Below, piece after piece: positions 34,529-42,869 of a stretch of DNA of 44,786 nucleotides. The notes beneath the pieces were generated by a model. It had not been told where the DNA came from. It did no database searches and worked only from the letters and a program-made list of their open reading frames with translations. The translations under genes and the position numbers were made by a program. The DNA comes from an uncultured Gammaproteobacteria bacterium (GTDB lineage Bacteria > Patescibacteriota > Patescibacteriia > UBA1558 > S5-K13), in assembly GCA_964634645.1 (NCBI GenBank), contig CAZWKI010000004.1, forward strand, positions 1 to 44,786. The letters are read 5' to 3'. Each line of letters opens with the position of its first letter. The first letter of the stretch is position 1.

Positions 34529-35566
34529 TTATTTTGTTACTTTTACTAAAAATAATATTTCATTTGTTTTTGTTTTAGATCCGTCTTGATTTATCGCTCT
34601 ATATCTTTTATGTTCTTTATTAAAAATTATAACCTTGCCCCTCTTTGATAAGATTTTTTTTATTTTTTCTAATGGTATTATACCCTCATTATTATAACTT
34701 AGAATAATAAATTTAGTTTTTGCTTTTTGGATTAGGTTATCAAGTGCATTACACGCTTCATTTTTCATTGAGTATTTTGATTTTTGATGTTCATATGGTC
34801 TCATACCAGACAATCCATAAATACTTGGTTTTTTGTCAAACCACCCTTCGGCAATTAACTCCAAAAAGAAGTAATTTGACGCAAACTGTCTAGAATTATA
34901 TGGTGGATCTAAATACAATATATCAGATTTAACTTTCGTAATTATATCGTTAGCATCACACTTGAAAGATTTATTTTTATTTCTACTAGAAATAATTTCT
35001 GGAACGCTAAGTCTCATTTTTTTAAGAGCTCTGTCGTCCCATTTTTTTAAAAAAGCTGCATAAGTTCCAGTTACATTACTTACTAGATTAATAGCCTCTA
35101 ATAATGATGTCAATAAATAATAATATTCTCCATCACTTATCAATTCATTTCTTTTCCACATGTGAATTTGTTTTCTTATAGAGTCCACTTTCTGAGCATT
35201 TTCTATAGATAAGTATTTACGTTTGTTATTGTTTATTGGAGAATAATTTTTTGTTATAAATCCTATTGACGGTTTTATGCTATTTAAAAATTGTATGATA
35301 TCATCCGTTGTTTTTACGTTAATAGTCTTTTTTAATTTTGTAAATTTAGGTTTATGATTCAATTGAATGCTACAGTGAGCAATTGCATGCGCAAATTCTA
35401 AGAAATCATTAGAATAAACTGTATACCCCAATCTTTTAAAGTGTTTTCCAACTGCTGACGTTCCACTAAAAATATCAAAAAAAATAGACCCAGATTTTAG
35501 ATTCAGGGTATTAACGGCATCTTCTATATAATTTAAGAGTTTGGTTTTGCATCCGTAATATCGCAT
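34529..35566 (-). CDS. D12-class (Dam-like) N6-adenine DNA methyltransferase
   Basis: MRYYGCKTKLL N-terminus, FFDIFSGTSAVG (motif I) and LYLDPPYNSRQF (motif IV DPPY). Confidence 0.75.
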   Translation of the reverse strand: MRYYGCKTKLLNYIEDAVNTLNLKSGSIFFDIFSGTSAVGKHFKRLGYTVYSNDFLEFAHAIAHCSIQLNHKPKFTKLKKTINVKTTDDIIQFLNSIKPSIGFITKNYSPINNNKRKYLSIENAQKVDSIRKQIHMWKRNELISDGEYYYLLTSLLEAINLVSNVTGTYAAFLKKWDDRALKKMRLSVPEIISSRNKNKSFKCDANDIITKVKSDILYLDPPYNSRQFASNYFFLELIAEGWFDKKPSIYGLSGMRPYEHQKSKYSMKNEACNALDNLIQKAKTKFIILSYNNEGIIPLEKIKKILSKRGKVIIFNKEHKRYRAINQDGSKTKTNEILFLVKVTK

Positions 35567-35668
35567 ATATGTTATTTTACATTAGTTTTTGCTTTTCTCA
35601 AAGTTTTATTTTATGGCCTTTTATTAAATTTTTCTAGCTTATTTCACTATATTTTTTTTGATTAATCA

Positions 35669-36988
35669 TTAATTATCTAATGTTATCCTTCTATCTCTCA
35701 ACACCAGCCTATTTTTCAAATTACTCATTAATTCTCTCTTCTCAAGTATTGTTCCTTGTTGAAGAATGTATTTAGCATAATCTTTCATGTTAATTTGTTT
35801 TTGATTTTCATGGTCATTTATTTTTACTCCAAGCACTCCAGTTCTAAAGCTATGATATCTTTCAACTTCATGTTGTACTTTTTCTTTCATTCCTAATTTA
35901 TCTAAGTCTAGTGTATCTATCATTTCGGTTATTTGTTCTATTAACCTATCTTCTCTAATGCTTTCTGATTTACAATTTAAATCTTTACCTCTTGTACAAT
36001 TGTAATAAATATAACGGTGAGTATTACCGTTTTTTTGTTTCTTAAATTTTTCAACTGCTGTAATACCACTTCCACATAATCCACAGGTCATTAGCTTAGT
36101 GAATGCAAATTCTCTATCTTGTGTTTTACCAACATACGCATCAGTAATTTTTTCTTGTACTTTATCAAATAGCTCTTTTGATATTATTGGTTCATGATTT
36201 CCTTTATACCATGTACCACTACTTCTTGGATATTCAAATGTTCCGGTATAGAAACTATTATGAAGTATCATATAAATATGACTTAGTGTTACATAATATC
36301 CATTTTTTGATTTAAATTTTAAATTATCCTTTAACCATCTATATAGTTTCCTACCACTATAACTTTCATAAGCAACTTTTTCAAACATTTGTTTTATTAT
36401 GGGTGCTCTTATTGGATCTACAAGTATCTGACATTTTTTATCAACTCTATTTTGGTTCAAGTATCCTATTGGAGCGGGTCCTGGCCACAATCCCATTTCT
36501 ACTCTTGTCTTAAGACCACGTTTTACATTTACTCCTTTATTATCGTTTTCTAGTTTTGCTTGTGATCCTAAAATCATAAGAAGAAACTTTTCATTTGGAT
36601 TGTTAGTAAATTTCTGACTGTATGTCCTTATCTCTACTAACTTACCTTGATCCATTAAATCTACTAGTGCTCCAAGATCTCCTGCATTTCTACTTAACCT
36701 ATCAGGTGCCCAACAAAGTATTCCTTGAAACAATCCATTTCTTAGATCATTTATTAGTGTATTAAATACATTTCTCTGCCCAGTGTCTTTAGCACTGTGT
36801 GATTCACGTCTAATTTCTACAATGTTTAGATTTTCTTTTCTTGCTAGTTCTAGCATTTCTTTGATTTGGCTATCTATGGATAGAACCTGCTTTTCTTCTG
36901 ACTCTGTTGATTTTCTTGCATAGAGGCAATACTTCAGAGGAATGGTCTCTAATGCCTCTGAAACACCCTCATTTTGTTCTATTTTCAT
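35669..36988 (-). CDS. Large serine recombinase
   Basis: YCLYARKSTESEEKQ contains the catalytic Ser. It is followed by the resolvase domain, the recombinase domain and the zinc ribbon CGLCGSGITAV...YYNCTRG. Confidence 0.9.
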   Translation of the reverse strand: MKIEQNEGVSEALETIPLKYCLYARKSTESEEKQVLSIDSQIKEMLELARKENLNIVEIRRESHSAKDTGQRNVFNTLINDLRNGLFQGILCWAPDRLSRNAGDLGALVDLMDQGKLVEIRTYSQKFTNNPNEKFLLMILGSQAKLENDNKGVNVKRGLKTRVEMGLWPGPAPIGYLNQNRVDKKCQILVDPIRAPIIKQMFEKVAYESYSGRKLYRWLKDNLKFKSKNGYYVTLSHIYMILHNSFYTGTFEYPRSSGTWYKGNHEPIISKELFDKVQEKITDAYVGKTQDREFAFTKLMTCGLCGSGITAVEKFKKQKNGNTHRYIYYNCTRGKDLNCKSESIREDRLIEQITEMIDTLDLDKLGMKEKVQHEVERYHSFRTGVLGVKINDHENQKQINMKDYAKYILQQGTILEKRELMSNLKNRLVLRDRRITLDN

Positions 36989-37113
36989 ATTGTGTTGTTA
37001 CTTGTTACAACATAATTGATGACGCAATATTTAGAGGAAGTCCAGCTCTTTGAAGTAGGTAAACTGTTGGTAACTCGACTTCATTAATCGTTATTTTTAA
37101 GTTATAATAAAAA

Positions 37114-37273
37114 TGCGAAACAATAAAGGTGAATATGAGGAATTTTGAACAAAAATAATACTTTTTGTATTTTGTTCCATTTGTGACAAGGTTCGGACAT
37201 TCCGATCAAAACACAAATGGGACTCCTCACGGATACCTTTGTTGTTTCGCAGGTCGGGTGTCCGTTTTTGTTT
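37114..37273 (+). ncRNA. Candidate structured leader RNA/sRNA, copy 2
   Basis: TATAAT at 37103-37108. Helices are tgcgaaacaa(37114-37123)/ttgtttcgca(37242-37251) and ccatttgtg(37177-37185)/cacaaatgg(37212-37220). Terminator acggatacc(37229-37237)/ggtgtccgt(37257-37265) is followed by a T-run at 37266-37273. Confidence 0.55.
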
Positions 37274-37288
37274 ATATAAAATTTAGAT

Positions 37289-38020
37289 ATGAAGATAAAA
37301 ATTGCAAACTGGAATATGGCTTATTGGCAACACAAACAATTGCATGATGAATCATGGGATTTTTTCTTAAATAGAATAGACGCAGATATTTTTCTTTTTC
37401 AGGAAGCAAAACCAAATAAAGTCATAAAACATGAAAAAGATAATTTAGTTTGGGATGAGATAGGGGGTAAGCGTGATTGGGGTTCCGGAATATATAGTCC
37501 AAAATGTAAGTTAGTGGAAGAAAAAATAGAAACAAAATTTAATGGGGTATTTTCTATTGCTAATACAGAAATTGGAAATAAAAAATTAACGCTAATTTCA
37601 TTATATGGACTTATGACAAGTAGTGGTCCAGAAAAAGGATATTCAATTCCAAACCTTCATAGAATGTTATCAGACCTAACTCCACTTTTTAATGGTCGTA
37701 TTGATGGCAAAAGAAATATTATTATGTCTGGAGATTTAAATGCTAGTACTCAGTTTGATAAAATACAAAATAATAATTCTCATAAGATTCTCTTTGATAG
37801 AATTGATGACTTTGGATTAAAAGACGTCTATCAACTTTCGGGAAATAAAAGCCACATTCAAACTCTACGTTATGCTCGCAGTGAAACGCCTTGGCAAAAT
37901 GATTATTTTTTTATAAGCAAACCTATTTCAAATAAGTTTATAAAATATGAAATTATTGATAACGAAGAAGTAAGAAAATATAGTGATCATAATATTGTCA
38001 CAATTGAAGTAGATTTATAA
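37289..38020 (+). CDS. Endonuclease/exonuclease/phosphatase (EEP, DNase I-like) family protein
   Basis: IANWNM (N-terminal Asn), LFQEA (catalytic Glu), SGDLNAS (DxN) and YSDHNIV (DH), in the canonical EEP order. Confidence 0.8.
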   Translation: MKIKIANWNMAYWQHKQLHDESWDFFLNRIDADIFLFQEAKPNKVIKHEKDNLVWDEIGGKRDWGSGIYSPKCKLVEEKIETKFNGVFSIANTEIGNKKLTLISLYGLMTSSGPEKGYSIPNLHRMLSDLTPLFNGRIDGKRNIIMSGDLNASTQFDKIQNNNSHKILFDRIDDFGLKDVYQLSGNKSHIQTLRYARSETPWQNDYFFISKPISNKFIKYEIIDNEEVRKYSDHNIVTIEVDL

Positions 38021-38039
38021 TTTTTATTTTATTATATTT

Positions 38040-38507
38040 TTAATTACTAATATCTTCTATATTAGTTTTTTTATTTACAGAATAGTTGATTTTAGATTCT
38101 CTAGCTATTCTTAGAAGTTCTTCTAATTTTTCTATGGCTCTATCTGATTTTTCATCTTCTTTTCTTTTTCTTTCTCTTTCTGCTTCCCTCTCTAATTCTC
38201 TTATTTTAGAACTTTGCATGCTATTCTTTCTATATTTGAGATAATTATTCTCTAACCAAAATTTAATAGATTTAAAATCACTATTTTTAATATTATTGAT
38301 TAAACCAGACTCAGCTAAATCGTTTATTATGGGTATACTTATTTTTCTTGCTACATTACATCTTTTAGAAAAGTTTTTATCATATTGTTTCCACCTGTAA
38401 TAAGTACTTCTTTGTATAGCTAGTTTTGTACACGCCACTTGAACAATTGGATTTGATTCTAGTTCCTCTATAAACTTTTTTTTAATTTGAGCTTGATTGG
38501 GAATCAT
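38040..38507 (-). CDS. HTH-domain protein of phage/plasmid type (possible small-terminase-like or directionality factor)
   Basis: VACTKLAIQRSTYYRWKQ is a helix-turn-helix-like segment, and the C-terminus is a charged coiled coil. The gene overlaps the ParB-methylase gene end by 26 nt. Confidence 0.35.
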   Translation of the reverse strand: MIPNQAQIKKKFIEELESNPIVQVACTKLAIQRSTYYRWKQYDKNFSKRCNVARKISIPIINDLAESGLINNIKNSDFKSIKFWLENNYLKYRKNSMQSSKIRELEREAERERKRKEDEKSDRAIEKLEELLRIARESKINYSVNKKTNIEDISN

Positions 38508-39849
38508 ATAATTTTACCCTTCTCCCACAGAATGCCTTTTCCCATCTATTAATTATTACTTCTGTATAAATAGGAGATTTTTCCATTATGAAACATCTCC
38601 TACCTAACTTATTTGCAGCAATCAATGTACTACCGCTCCCACCGAATGGCTCAAGAACTAGTTGATCTCTTTTGGTAAGCACTTTAATATATGGAATTAA
38701 TATTTCTATTGGTTTTGTTCCAAATATTATTCCTTGTCCAGATGACTTCTCATCGGATGCGTGGTACTCAATAAAGTCCGTGGGGCAGTACTTCTTTCCC
38801 TTTTCGTAGCTTTCCCATTGAGGTTTCCCTGCAATTGCAAAAAGTGCTGTTTCATATTCATTTTGAAGACCCTCACCCTCATCTTCTAAATTATATTCAA
38901 TGTCAGTATCAGAAGAACCAACCATCGCTATGTCATACTTATTAAAGAATTTATACTTAGAAGAAAATCCTTGCATCCTATTGTTTAAATGCCATACTAA
39001 CATATTCTTTATTTTCCAGTATTTTGCCATCTCATTCCATATTGTCATAATGTTTTTCCAATTCTCATAAACTATAATGCTAAAGTTTTCATTAGCAACT
39101 TTACTGACATTTGCCATCCATAATTCTGTAAAGTTTTCAGGTAATGATTCTGTTTCAAGGTATCTTCTATTTTTCTTCGCTCCGAATCCAACAGTTGCCT
39201 CTCCGTGCCTAGTCTTACCTTGAAGGTAGTTTAAAATATAAGGTGGATCTGTTAGACAAAAATCTGCTTTTTCATTTCCCATTAGTTTCATCATATCTTC
39301 TTCAATAGTGGAATCTCCACACATAATTTTTGATCCACCCAGATCATATATATCTCCTTTTTGAACAGTTATTTCTGTTATATTTAATTTAGCTAATTCT
39401 TTTTTTAAATCAAATATTTCTTCTTGACTAGTATCTATGTCAAATATTTTATCCATGTCGATACTATCAAATCCTATGTTTGTAAGAAGACTTTTATCAA
39501 ACTTAGACAACAGGTCAAAATCAAATTCACCTTGATTCTTGTTTAATCTAATATTTAACTCCATTTCTTTTTCTATGTCTGGGATATTAACGTATACAAC
39601 TGGAACAGTTTTAATTCCCAATTCCAGCGCTACAGCGTGGCGAAAATGTCCACCGATCAAGACATTGTGCCTTTCAGGAGAGGAGTTGGCTATGAATGGA
39701 TCTACTAGCCCGAATCTAGTAATACTTTCCTTTAGTTGATCAAATTGAGTCTTGTCCCACTTACGTGGGTTTTCTGTATTGAGTTTTAGTTCTTCAATAG
39801 GAACTTGTGTTATCTGGATTTTATCCAGAATATTTTTGTCTTCCGACAT
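38482..39849 (-). CDS. ParB-like nuclease domain fused to an N4/N6 DNA methyltransferase
   Basis: N-terminal NPRKWD...LIGGHFRH (ParB/Srx fold). This is followed by FCLTDPPY (motif IV) and LEPFGGSGSTLIAA (motif I), in classical beta-class order. Confidence 0.85.
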   Translation of the reverse strand: MSEDKNILDKIQITQVPIEELKLNTENPRKWDKTQFDQLKESITRFGLVDPFIANSSPERHNVLIGGHFRHAVALELGIKTVPVVYVNIPDIEKEMELNIRLNKNQGEFDFDLLSKFDKSLLTNIGFDSIDMDKIFDIDTSQEEIFDLKKELAKLNITEITVQKGDIYDLGGSKIMCGDSTIEEDMMKLMGNEKADFCLTDPPYILNYLQGKTRHGEATVGFGAKKNRRYLETESLPENFTELWMANVSKVANENFSIIVYENWKNIMTIWNEMAKYWKIKNMLVWHLNNRMQGFSSKYKFFNKYDIAMVGSSDTDIEYNLEDEGEGLQNEYETALFAIAGKPQWESYEKGKKYCPTDFIEYHASDEKSSGQGIIFGTKPIEILIPYIKVLTKRDQLVLEPFGGSGSTLIAANKLGRRCFIMEKSPIYTEVIINRWEKAFCGRRVKLYDSQSSSN

Positions 39850-39865
39850 ATTGTTTTTCTCCTTT

Positions 39866-39887
39866 GGTTCAATATTTCTATTGAACC
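39866..39887. promoter_or_regulatory. Perfect 9-bp-arm palindrome just upstream of the ParB-methylase RBS
   Basis: Sequence ggttcaata-tttc-tattgaacc. On the - strand it sits immediately 5' of AAGGAG (complement of 39859-39864) and the start at 39849. Confidence 0.35.
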
Positions 39888-40164
39888 TTAATTGTTAAAT
39901 AAAAAACACCCATTTTATAAAAACAAAAAAACAAAAGATTATATCTTCGTTTTCCATAGTTTTTATAAAACAGGTGTCTTTGCTATCTTCTATATAGCAA
40001 TCCTATTTTATTGTATTCTTTTTAAAAAACTTTTTTCCATTCGCTATATATATTTTACCTCTACAGTATCTATTGTCAATTAAAGTAATAAACATATTGT
40101 CCACACGGCTTGATTTGGTGGTTTTTGGGGTGTAAGATTAGGTTATAATTATTCAAAAAATAAT

Positions 40165-41049
40165 ATGAATCATAACATTTCTAATTCTTTTATAGATCAA
40201 GTGTCAAGGGGACCATCTTCTACAAAGACATCTCAGGTTTCTAATATTCAAACACATATTCAGAGTATTTTTGGATCAGGTTATCATACATTTCTTCAAG
40301 GATCTTATAAAAATGATACAGCGATATTGGATATTAATGATGTCGATATTGTGGTTATAAGGCTAAATACTTATAGTGGCTTATATTCTCCTTTTGCACA
40401 GGGCAATCCCTTAGTTCATTGGAATATTATATTTTCAGAAATAGAAGAAAAACTAAAACATCAAAATCTCTATGATTGGAGTATAGAGAGAGGAAATAAA
40501 TGTATAACAGTAACGACTTCTAATTTTAAAGCCGACATTGTCCCATCCGTTCAAATAGACAATGATTATAGTGTTGATCCTATAGCGATTTTTTCATTTA
40601 AAGATGGTATGGAAAAGATTAATTATCCGCGAACTCATTACAATAATGGAGTAAATAAAAATCAGCTAACAAACGGGAATTATAAATTTATAGTTAGAAT
40701 GTTAAAAAGCTGGGCAAAGAATTATTTTAATGATAAAAATATTATATCTTCTTATCAAATCGAATCACTTGTGTATGGGGTAGAAAATAATAGGTTCAAT
40801 AATAATTTAGTTCTCTCATTTATTGATGTATCTAGTCAAATATATAATAAACTTAAGCAAAGAGAATCTATTCCAATTAAAATTTTAAGTGTTTGTGGGT
40901 ATGAAGATATTACAACTAATTGGCCATTAGAATATAGAAAAACAGTAGTCAATCAATTAGAAAACTCTATTGCTTTGACAGTCAAGGCATATAAAGCAAC
41001 TGATTCAACAATTGCAAACGATTTATTTAAAAAAGCATTTAATTTATAA
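40165..41049 (+). CDS. SMODS/CD-NTase-like nucleotidyltransferase (CBASS cyclase candidate)
   Basis: LQGSYKNDTAILDINDVDIVV gives the GS...DxD motif, and FKADIVPS supplies the third acidic residue. The following helical region (FIVRMLKSW) fits minimal SMODS-type nucleotidyltransferases. Confidence 0.6.
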   Translation: MNHNISNSFIDQVSRGPSSTKTSQVSNIQTHIQSIFGSGYHTFLQGSYKNDTAILDINDVDIVVIRLNTYSGLYSPFAQGNPLVHWNIIFSEIEEKLKHQNLYDWSIERGNKCITVTTSNFKADIVPSVQIDNDYSVDPIAIFSFKDGMEKINYPRTHYNNGVNKNQLTNGNYKFIVRMLKSWAKNYFNDKNIISSYQIESLVYGVENNRFNNNLVLSFIDVSSQIYNKLKQRESIPIKILSVCGYEDITTNWPLEYRKTVVNQLENSIALTVKAYKATDSTIANDLFKKAFNL

Positions 41050-41051
41050 AT

Positions 41052-41675
41052 ATGAAGAGCCACAATCTCTCTATAAAATTTTATATCTTTTTTATTTTAG
41101 TTTTCTTATACCCAGCTATTTATTTATCAGGCGTGACCTTAAGTTTAATGAATCTTATGTCTATAAAAAACGCCTATATTAATAATTTAATAAATTTAGG
41201 TGTTTTAGAATTTTTAACTCCAGTAGCATTATTATTATTGTTTTTTTATATAACCAATCATTGGCTTTGGAAATTAATTAATAAAATACTCGGCATCCCG
41301 ATAATTTCAGGAAGATATAAAGGTGTTTTAAAAAGCACTTATGCTGAAAATAGCTCTCATGATATTATTTTAGAAATAGATCAAACATTAACTCAAATTG
41401 AAGTTTATTTTTATACAGAAAAATCTAAATCGCATAGTATAGTTAGCGGTCTATTTAAAAATGATCAGGGCGCTTGGTCTATGTATTATATATATGAAAA
41501 TAAAACTCGTGTAATGGATGATAATTCTGACATGAAAGATCATGAGGGAGTCTCTGTAGTTGATATTAATGAGAGATCTTTAAGTGGGTATTATTTTAAT
41601 GATTTAAGAAATAGGGGCCGATGTGGAAATTTTAACGTAGAATTTGTCAGCAAGAGATTGCTTAAAAGATATTAA
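41052..41675 (+). CDS. Two-TM, beta-strand-rich effector (S-2TMBeta / Cap15-like)
   Basis: Two N-terminal TM helices are followed by a beta-rich C-terminal domain (ISGRYKGVLKSTY...ILEIDQTLTQIEVYFY...SGYYFND...GNFNVEFV). The start is 2 nt after the cyclase stop. Confidence 0.5.
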   Translation: MKSHNLSIKFYIFFILVFLYPAIYLSGVTLSLMNLMSIKNAYINNLINLGVLEFLTPVALLLLFFYITNHWLWKLINKILGIPIISGRYKGVLKSTYAENSSHDIILEIDQTLTQIEVYFYTEKSKSHSIVSGLFKNDQGAWSMYYIYENKTRVMDDNSDMKDHEGVSVVDINERSLSGYYFNDLRNRGRCGNFNVEFVSKRLLKRY

Positions 41676-41770
41676 TGTTAATATTTATAAATATAAAAAT
41701 AACATAAATGATGTATATAAGGTTAGCAATTATCATCTAAATAATATCAGGATTAATAGAAATTAATTTA

Positions 41771-42814
41771 ATGCCAAGAATAAAAGAAAATGTAAAAAAA
41801 TTATTACTTAAATCTAAGGATTCTGCTTTGTTGGCTGTTGAAATTTATAATAAACCCAGAACGTCATTTCGTTCTTATGGCTACATAGTTTTAATGCAAA
41901 TTGCATGGACATCTTTATTTCATGCAATTTTTGAAAAACAAAACATAAAGTATTTTTATAAAAAGAATAGCGTTAGATATGAAAGAATATCGGGCGATAA
42001 AAAAAGTTGGGATATAACTAAGTGTATCAAAGAGTATTATAAAAAAAGTAATATACCCGAAAGAAAAAATTTAGAATTTTTTATCGAAATTAGAAATAAA
42101 ATAGAGCATCGTTTTTTGCCAGAAATTGATAAAGATATCTTTGGTGAATGCCAAGCTATGCTAATGAATTACGAAGAATTATTAGCAAAAGAATTCGGAG
42201 AAAGTGAATCTATTAATGAAAATTTAGTTTTTGCTTTACAGTTTTCTAAAATTCTTCATGATACTCAGGAAGAAATTGTTAAAAGAAAAACAACAAAAGA
42301 ATATAGAGATATTTCTAGTTTTGTATCTCAATACAGGAAGGGCTTGAAAAGAGATGTTCTTTCAAGTTTGAAATATAATTTTAGAGTTTATTTAATACCA
42401 AAAATAGCAAATCACAAAAGCTCTTCAGATTTCACTTTAGAATTTATAAAACTTGATCCATTGAATCCACAAAAGACACAACAATTTAGTCATCTTATCG
42501 CTGCAATGAAAGAGGTGCGTGTACCTATGAATGGTATTAAGGCTGGTGAAGTAGCAAAAAAAGTTTATGATGCATTAAAAGATAAGATGCCATCTGGATG
42601 GAAATTTAATCCATCCAGTCATCACGTACGTTGTTATAAGTATTACAAAGTAAGACCTCCAAAAGGAAGTGTGAGTCCAGAAAAAACCAATTTAAAATAT
42701 TGTTTCTACGACTCAACCTTTGATCAATATGGATACACAGACGAGTGGGTAAAGTTTTTAATCAAGAAACTTTCAGATCAATCTGAGTATAAAAAGGTTA
42801 TGGCAGTAAAATAA
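41771..42814 (+). CDS. DUF3644-like protein
   Basis: The N-terminal DSALLAVEIYNKPRTSFRSYGYIVLMQIAWTSLFHAI resembles the DUF3644 signature as I remember it. No catalytic motif recognised. Confidence 0.35.
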   Translation: MPRIKENVKKLLLKSKDSALLAVEIYNKPRTSFRSYGYIVLMQIAWTSLFHAIFEKQNIKYFYKKNSVRYERISGDKKSWDITKCIKEYYKKSNIPERKNLEFFIEIRNKIEHRFLPEIDKDIFGECQAMLMNYEELLAKEFGESESINENLVFALQFSKILHDTQEEIVKRKTTKEYRDISSFVSQYRKGLKRDVLSSLKYNFRVYLIPKIANHKSSSDFTLEFIKLDPLNPQKTQQFSHLIAAMKEVRVPMNGIKAGEVAKKVYDALKDKMPSGWKFNPSSHHVRCYKYYKVRPPKGSVSPEKTNLKYCFYDSTFDQYGYTDEWVKFLIKKLSDQSEYKKVMAVK

Positions 42815-42869
42815 GTGATTATTTACAATACTCATTTGTTACCAGTTTGTCAACTATTCTGAAAAGCTG

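Larger units (their letters stand above)
29284..36988. mobile_element. Putative integrated island module 1 (tRNA-Lys-proximal cargo plus large serine recombinase)
   Basis: Housekeeping content ends at tRNA-Lys. The following genes are SIR2-like, nuclease, methylase and recombinase genes. The att sites were not identified, so the boundaries are approximate. Confidence 0.4.
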
